A program made the translations under genes and the position numbers. From Paraphysomonas bandaiensis (taxonomy: Eukaryota > Protista > Chrysophyceae): DNA of 8,254 bases. Each line of letters starts with the position of its first letter. Positions within the stretch are counted from its first letter, which is position 1. Below the pieces are notes generated by a model, which was not told the origin of the DNA, did not search any database, and saw nothing but the letters and a program-made list of their open reading frames with translations. The stretch covers positions 1 to 8,254 of the forward strand of contig CBFFRP010000554.1 of the NCBI GenBank assembly GCA_965644295.1, written 5' to 3'. Positions 1-5,464 of the stretch are shown here, one piece after another.

Positions 1-5
1 GACTG

Positions 6-107
6 CTGTTGGACACATCACCATGTCCATGTACCTGTATACCTGTACTGTTGGACACATCACCATGTCCATGTACCTGTATACCGGTACTGTTGGACAC
101 ATCACCA
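6..107. repeat. 42-bp tandem repeat (minisatellite), ~2.4 copies
   Basis: Unit CTGTTGGACACATCACCATGTCCATGTACCTGTATACCTGTA starts at 6 and 48, with a partial third copy at 90-107. Copies 1 and 2 differ at one position (T44 vs G86). Confidence 0.95.
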
Positions 108-625
108 GCTCTCTCTCTCTGTCCAACACACTCATAACACCACTGCAGTGTCATACACACACACAGTACACTCTACCTCCTCCTAGAAAACCCCCGGACA
201 AACTATCGCCTCTCCCTTACTGGGCGTACTGGTCCACCCACCATTCCTCCTTCCTTCCACAAACTCAATTCCTTCCATCTTATGATGTGTTTTGCTCCAA
301 CGATCACTTCTTCCTGGACACCAAATACCCGGTGGAGTTGGAACTACACGCGCTACTCGAGAGAATTCCTGACCTTGTCATCATGCGTCTCCAAAATGTG
401 TTGCAATGTCATTCCAAGGGAATGCAAGGAGTCCACCGTGCCAGGTCCATCAACCATCCCTCCCACGCCCTTCAGGGGAAGGAATTCTCCTCCGATAACA
501 GCGGTGACGGACCCAGCAAATCGGACCTAGGTGCACTCAGGACCCTAATTCAGAATGCTGAGCCCCCTCCAAAACCAATGGAGACCCATCCCAAAGGGAG
601 ACCCCCAGATCAAAAGCGCCGGTGA
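23..625 (+). CDS. Hypothetical ORF. The 5' part is minisatellite/low-complexity; the 3' part (~170-625) may be a retroelement or gene C-terminal remnant
   Basis: 200-aa ORF whose ATG lies inside the 42-bp repeat and is followed by CT/CA-rich sequence. The remainder is complex, Pro-rich sequence with RKPPD and RPPD motifs. No diagnostic domain recognised. Confidence 0.2.
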   Translation: MSMYLYTCTVGHITMSMYLYTGTVGHITSSLSLSNTLITPLQCHTHTQYTLPPPRKPPDKLSPLPYWAYWSTHHSSFLPQTQFLPSYDVFCSNDHFFLDTKYPVELELHALLERIPDLVIMRLQNVLQCHSKGMQGVHRARSINHPSHALQGKEFSSDNSGDGPSKSDLGALRTLIQNAEPPPKPMETHPKGRPPDQKRR

Positions 626-1320
626 GTCCACGGACACACGATAAAGGCGAATTTCATATCACACAAAAAGAACGGAAGTGGTTGCACCTTGGTGCTTGCG
701 GCGACGCACAAGCAGCTTTCGTAGCGTTAAATAGTAGGATAAAAGAGTTTGTATTGATTAGTTACGGGTAGTGGTCTAACTAGTATGACTAGCATTCTTC
801 TAGCCACTAATTGATGCAAGGTCTCAACGCCTATTGCTAAATAATCAGACATTCACTAGTATCTGTTAGGCCCTGATGACATCCTTGCCTATCCAAAGTG
901 CGTGGGGCTTGATGCCCCGTGAAAATGAAGGAAGCTGTGGAACTACATCGGACTTGCTCACAAGAAACTACCCAACTCTGATTAGAATGCAAAGATAAAA
1001 TGTAATGTGTTGCATATACACAGTATATCTGCATTCAGTCATCAGTGATGGCTAGAGTATGCTCCCATCATGTTTGAGTGAAAATTTTTATTGCTGACTA
1101 GGCAAAACACTTCTAGTCAACCTGGAGTCAACTTAGTCATCGTTAACTGAAAATACGAAATACTAAATGACTAAGTTCTTCAACCACTTTACTTTTTACG
1201 CCAATTTTGGTGTGACTACTATGCGCTTAATTTTGATTTATATTATTTATAAATATGCCCTATTTTAGCATACTCACCTCGTCTAGTGTAAATTATATGA
1301 TTATACCCAATAATAAAGTG

Positions 1321-2877
1321 CTAAGTGGAGGGTGTATGATCTGAACTACTAAAAGCCTTGACTGCACTGATAAGGTCAGAAATGATGTTGTCAATCCGGG
1401 CCTTCAGTTGCACTATATTAATATCATCAGTCGCAGATACACGTATATGTCCCTCAGGGAGTACTGCTATGACCTCCGGGGGAATTTCTACATCTGCCTT
1501 TGATACTACATCTAGCCATGGCCTCCGCGGAAATCTTTCTCTAAGAGAGCGTCTGATATTCAACTGTGCCTGAAGAGAGCTTTTATCCCCAGCTGATTCG
1601 GTAGGATCCATGACAAATATAACAGCAGTAGGGAGATGCTACATTTGTAATACATACATTAGATGTCAACCAATACTAACCAAAATATCAAAAAATGTAC
1701 TGCTCTATTCCTTCAGAATCCTGAAGTAGCATACATGGCACAAAAATATTCTTCAACAAGCATATCCATTCACCACTCTTACCGCCAGTGACGCATAGGT
1801 CAGTCTCTCCATCTCGTTTCTGCTAAATTCCTCCCTATCCAGCAAACCAGGGGTGTCTACTACTTGAACTTTCCGCCCCCCTTCTCTGCCCCCCATATGC
1901 CCCACAGTAAGTCCCCGGGTTGTGAAGGGATAGTTCGCGACAACTGGGACACCCGTCGAGATTCGACGGACCAGTGACGATTTACCCACATTGGGCGCCC
2001 CCAAAAGTACTACGGTTGGTATTGTTAAATCCAGCACCGGTACGCGGCGTAAATCCTTCTGGAGCTCTAAGAGCTCCTCTATGCACCGACTACATTCCGG
2101 ATCCGATGAGGATGTACCGGTAGAACTAGCAGCTGGTGCAGACACACCGTACAACCTCCCCAGAGCGGTTCGAGCCTCTTGCAACGTTGCCTACAGTACA
2201 GTACACGTCAACATGTACAGTGCACGTTTATGTCACAATTTCCGATATACCTCAGAGCTGTGTGTATTTTTAGCTAGCTTCGCTAGAGCAGCATAGTCCT
2301 TACCAAGCAGTGACGTACGCGCTCTCAGAGCCTTTATATCATCTAGAATTTCCTGTGTGCAACGCAGCATTAAAATTCCGTAAAAATACACTATCTGTGA
2401 TACCTTCAAGGTTCTACTCCCTCTTTTTACTCTAGACGCTATCGTTAACTCAGCCACGGCTGCCTTCATTACAGATCAAGTACAATATTAAACAATGCAC
2501 TCTTCAACCTCAAAAGGATGCAGATTGGCGAAACACTTCTTGTACGACTTCAATATATGGGTGAGGGGGGCAGTGAGCCCAACGGTCAGCTGATCGATAG
2601 AATGGACTGACAACTTTCTGTTTCGCATACTCAGATTGCGTATTTTTAAATCTGGGCGCACAGTATACATAGCCTTCAGACCGCGTTTGAAGTGCAGTGA
2701 AGGAGAGAGAATGTCAGGCAGATCTCTTCGGAAGGTTGCTCCCATCTCAGTGACGCTACTCTCAGATCTCTTCTGAGCGATGCTCGTATCTGTGGCGGTC
2801 ACGAGGCTCCTCATGCGGCCTGTGCGACAGAAACTGAACGACTGAATTAAGCCAACTCTCCAACCAGAGGGCCTCAT
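1321..2877 (-). CDS. NOG1-like (OBG-HflX superfamily) GTPase, short organellar type resembling plant PDE318-like proteins. Five exons: 2877-2509, 2463-2404, 2352-2251, 2190-1783, 1638-1321 (1257 nt, 418 aa)
   Basis: G1 GAPNVGKS (2001-1978), G2 NYPFTT, G3 DTPG (1857-1846, followed by LLDR..RNEMERLT), G4 SKAD (1503-1492), G5-like VSAT. Splicing four GT-AG introns restores family motifs across junctions: LHPFE|AAVAELTI and YASLA|HLPTAVIFVMDPT. It lacks the long C-terminal extension of nucleolar Nog1/GTPBP4 and has an Arg/Ser-rich, acid-free N-terminus. Confidence 0.92.
1639..1782 (-). other. Intron 4 of the NOG1-like gene (144 nt, phase 0)
   Basis: GCG|GTAAGA...AATGTAG|CAT. Removal restores the LAHLPTAVIFV motif typical of NOG1 G-domains. 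Confidence 0.9.
2191..2250 (-). other. Intron 3 of the NOG1-like gene (60 nt, phase 0)
   Basis: GAG|GTATAT...TTGAC...CTGTAG|GCA. Contains an in-frame TGA. Confidence 0.85.
2353..2403 (-). other. Intron 2 of the NOG1-like gene (51 nt, phase 0, in-frame and stop-free)
   Basis: AAG|GTATCA...CACACAG|GAA. AT-rich; removal gives RTLK|EILDDIKALR, a continuous amphipathic-looking segment. Confidence 0.72.
2464..2508 (-). other. Intron 1 of the NOG1-like gene (45 nt, phase 0)
   Basis: GAG|GTTGAA...AATGAAG|GCA. Contains in-frame stops; removal joins LHPFE to AAVAELTI. Confidence 0.85.
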
Positions 2878-3414
2878 AAGGGAGATTCACTTCAGTGACT
2901 AGTAAACTAAAGTAAAGGCATCTGCCTCACTCCACCCCTCATATATATGCGTCTATAGGCATCTGTGGACGTGTGTGTGTAGAGTTTGAGACGTCTAGAC
3001 GTCATATAGACACATATGTACACGACCACCCTGGTATACGCAAAATACGCTCAGCTGTACTTATATATACACCTAGAATACGCATCTCATACCACACCAC
3101 ACCACACCATACCATACCATACCATGCGTATCGGCAGTCAGCATCTTATTTTTCGGAAATAAATTGAGGCAAAATTCTTCTATATTACTGAAGTACAACT
3201 ACGTCTAGAATACATATAATTGTTGTCTCAATATTTGAGGCATCTTTGAACAAAAATATACGAAGGCATGCCACACCATACCACACCTCTGAGCACTGCT
3301 GTAGGAAAGAATAACATACATACACACTGAGAACACCCGACCACACCGAACACATCTATACATGAGACTCTATGTGGAGTAGTCGTTAAAGGCACTGGAA
3401 CTGATACTGTTGAC
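2878..3414. promoter_or_regulatory. Divergent (head-to-head) intergenic region, likely shared promoter/5' UTRs
   Basis: About 540 bp between the minus-strand ATG at 2877 and the plus-strand ORF start at 3415. Contains TA-rich tracts (2941-2948, 3062-3069). The call is positional inference only. Confidence 0.5.
3091..3125. repeat. Pentanucleotide microsatellite (ACCAC)3(ACCAT)4
   Basis: Seven ACCAY units; a shorter related tract CCACACCATACCACACC occurs at 3271-3287. Confidence 0.9.
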
Positions 3415-4855
3415 ATGATACGGATCCCTTCCGATCAGTTCAGAGCATCGGCTCCTCTGCTGATGTTTGCTTGTAGTGTGGCGCTGTTGTCTGCTCGAGT
3501 GAGACGACTGCTGCATCATATGGTCGCCAGGACACGACCGCTAACTACTGATATATCTGTAGACAGCTCCACTGGATGCATTGTAACGGCCAGAGACGTG
3601 TCGAGAGGGGTCAGATGGGAGTCCATCAGAAGCGAACAGAGAGATCAGTCCACTTCATGTGAGCTGAGTTTCATCAGTCGACTTGATGCCCCTGTGCGAG
3701 TGTGTCTCATAGACACAGATGGGAGACTCAAGCAGCTGGCTGTTATGACTGCTTCAGATGCTGCGGTGTTGGAGTGCACACAGACGTACTTCTCCTATGC
3801 ATGTATCAGAGCCGTGTGTGCGTTGCCTCCCACTCTAGAGGGGGTCTCACCTCATGTACGTGTGTGCTCTTTCTGGATTTGTTCGTTTGATTGTTTTTCA
3901 GAACATTGTCTGTTTGTATACTCCTCTCGGGGGAGGCCTGCGACACGCCATCACACTGACCAACTGTCCTCTAGATTCCGATCCTGTCGTTTCGGTATCC
4001 TTTACTCCTGTCGCGACTTCTGTGGTTGAGTGCTCTGATTCACATGGCTCCGACTCCTCTGCTGTGCAAGTCGTCTCAGAGTGGGAGCGGGAAGAACAGG
4101 AATGCACTGAGGTGTGCGGATTCAGGGTGTATTACCGTCCTTCAACCCAGATGCGCACAATGACAGCCGTCGGAAAGAGTCTACAACAGGTGCCCAATGT
4201 ATATCACTGCGCTAACCAATCACTTATGTATCATAATACACAGGCAACAAATGTGCTTCCCACATCTATATTAGTTGCGCTAAGGAATAACCTGGTAGTG
4301 CGTGTGGATGGCGACCCTCATCCAGGTTATTTAGTGTCAGGAAACTTCTTTCTGAACCCACTCCATCTGTTGCATGGCCACTCTTGTGTGACTGTGGATG
4401 TGCATGGGACGGGAGGCCTTTCCATTCTGGTTGTGCTAATGATGATGTACTTAGATATCTACCATAAGGGTAACGAAGGGGTAACCCCTTGGTGGGAACT
4501 CCTGGCGGCATGTGGAGAGGAGAGGGAGTCAGATGATGCTGTTGAGAAAGCCGCAAAGATATGCGTCATGTGCCTCGAGGGTGGAGGTGATCCGACGATA
4601 CGAAGCACTGTCTCGCGTGTGTTGGATTGTGGAGTTAGTGTATCCACAGCACTGTCCTCACAGAGACTGGGAAAAGAATGTCCAGCTGACAAAAGTAGTG
4701 GAATGGAAAAAGTCACGACAAATTGTGAAACGAAACCGTGTCCCAATTCACCGAACAGATCAACCGAATCTGTCACCGTCCAAACGCCGAAGCCGTCATC
4801 GCTATTGGACCATGTATTGTGGGCTGTTGTGTACACGTGTAGTGACTCGAGATAA
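3415..4855 (+). CDS. Uncharacterised protein, predicted exons 3415-3855, 3902-4189, 4244-4855 (~446 aa). Putative VHL-beta-like domain plus degenerate zincin-like region; 5' end uncertain
   Basis: ORFs 3415..4029 and 3854..4855 join in frame by removing a 46-nt intron, 3856-3901 (CAT|GTACGT...TGTTTTTCAG|AAC). A second 54-nt in-frame intron is likely at 4190-4243 (CAG|GTGCCC...GCTAAC...ACACAG|GCA). Intron-like signals at 3461-3476 and 3499-3562 make the N-terminus ambiguous. Domain calls are by-eye similarity. Confidence 0.72.
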
Positions 4856-4985
4856 CGTATGAATTCCCTGTTATTTATGTTGAGTTTTGCTTATTTGTAC
4901 GCAATTCGAAGCTGTATTATAAGTTTTTGTTGGATTATGACCGTAACTTGAGTAAAGCACTTATGTAATACTGTATTGGATTGCA

Positions 4986-4999
4986 GGTTAGGGTTAGGG
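4986..4999 (+). repeat. Short internal telomeric tract GG(TTAGGG)2
   Basis: GGTTAGGGTTAGGG in the same orientation as the terminal array, 465 bp proximal to it. Confidence 0.92.
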
Positions 5000-5190
5000 C
5001 ATCATATAGATAGGGGTATATCTCGTACCTGCATTCACCGTTGAATTATACAATAGTTGAATCGTGGATAGATATACATCCCAGTCGGAGTGCTTGCACA
5101 TTCACATAGTGATGCAACTGATCCTTCAACGTAGCATTCATATTCTCTACCAGTCCATTAGACCTCGGGTTCTGGAGAGTTGTATGTATT
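5000..5190 (-). mobile_element. Degenerate LTR-retrotransposon (Ty3/Gypsy-type) integrase core fragment, frameshifted and truncated
   Basis: The minus strand reads IHTTLQNPRSNGLVENMNATLKDQLHHYVNV (5189-5097), then one extra base near 5096, then KHSDWDVYLSTIQLLYNSTVNAGTRYTPIYMM (5095-5000). This matches the Gypsy integrase consensus TTxYHPQxNGxVERxNxTLKxxL...xxDWDxxLxxxxxAYNSxxxxSTGxTPFxLxFG. The catalytic Glu of DD35E corresponds to GLVE (codon 5147-5145). Confidence 0.88.
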
Positions 5191-5464
5191 GAACTACAAC
5201 CAACTCCTATGTGCGTACTTGAAGTTTGGTAAAGCCAATCGCTAGTAGTTATCCTGTATTCTATGTAGCAATGAAATACAGAATATACATGACTACAGTA
5301 TAGGAGTAGCTATTACAAGTATACAAAGAAACTGAAAATATAGCAGCTGTTAAAGATACGATTTGTAAAACAGAATGTTAATGTTGGTGAATGACGTGGT
5401 TCCTAACTCACAATGCTACAACATAATAAATTTACTATATCTCCTATAATATCAATCAGTTCGA

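Noticed and set aside
6-107. Direct repeats that could be mistaken for a CRISPR array
   Set aside because: The units are contiguous near-identical tandem copies with no unique spacers, in a eukaryotic context with no cas genes.
693-714. Small hairpin TGCTTGCG-GCGA-CGCACAAGCA with a GNRA loop
   Set aside because: An isolated 8-bp bulged stem with no larger RNA family context; compatible with chance.
873-981. CTGATGA...GAAA with a GC hairpin (901-921), suggesting a hammerhead ribozyme or a box C/D snoRNA (CTGA at 978-981)
   Set aside because: No stem II closes directly between CUGAUGA and GAAA, stems I/III with a cleavage triplet could not be built, and no terminal stem or recognisable rRNA guide flanks the putative C/D boxes.
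282-1034. Short ORFs 282..530(+) and 837..1034(-)
   Set aside because: Under 85 aa with no motif support; 282..530 is nested out of frame in the larger ORF.
1358-2296. Plus-strand ORFs 1358..1573 and 1991..2296
   Set aside because: Antisense shadows of the NOG1-like exons.
1321-2877. Stop-codon readthrough or an alternative genetic code to explain same-frame ORF fragments of the GTPase
   Set aside because: All interrupting stops fall inside canonical GT-AG segments whose removal restores conserved motifs, so ordinary splicing explains them.
2973-3416. Short ORFs 2973..3167(+) and 3228..3416(-)
   Set aside because: Short, partly encoded by ACCAY microsatellites, and located in the divergent intergenic region.
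3702-4862. ORFs 3702..3890(+), 3898..4107(-), 4266..4556(-), 4459..4836(-), 4512..4862(+)
   Set aside because: Alternative-frame or antisense overlaps of the spliced plus-strand gene, with no recognisable motifs.
5191-5310. Upstream continuation of the integrase frame (VFHCYIEYRITTSDWLYQ...) as the second catalytic Asp region
   Set aside because: The frame is open and contains an SD, but the SDxGxxF motif is absent and the Asp lies only 31 residues before the Glu, short of DD35E spacing. Not included in the integrase call.
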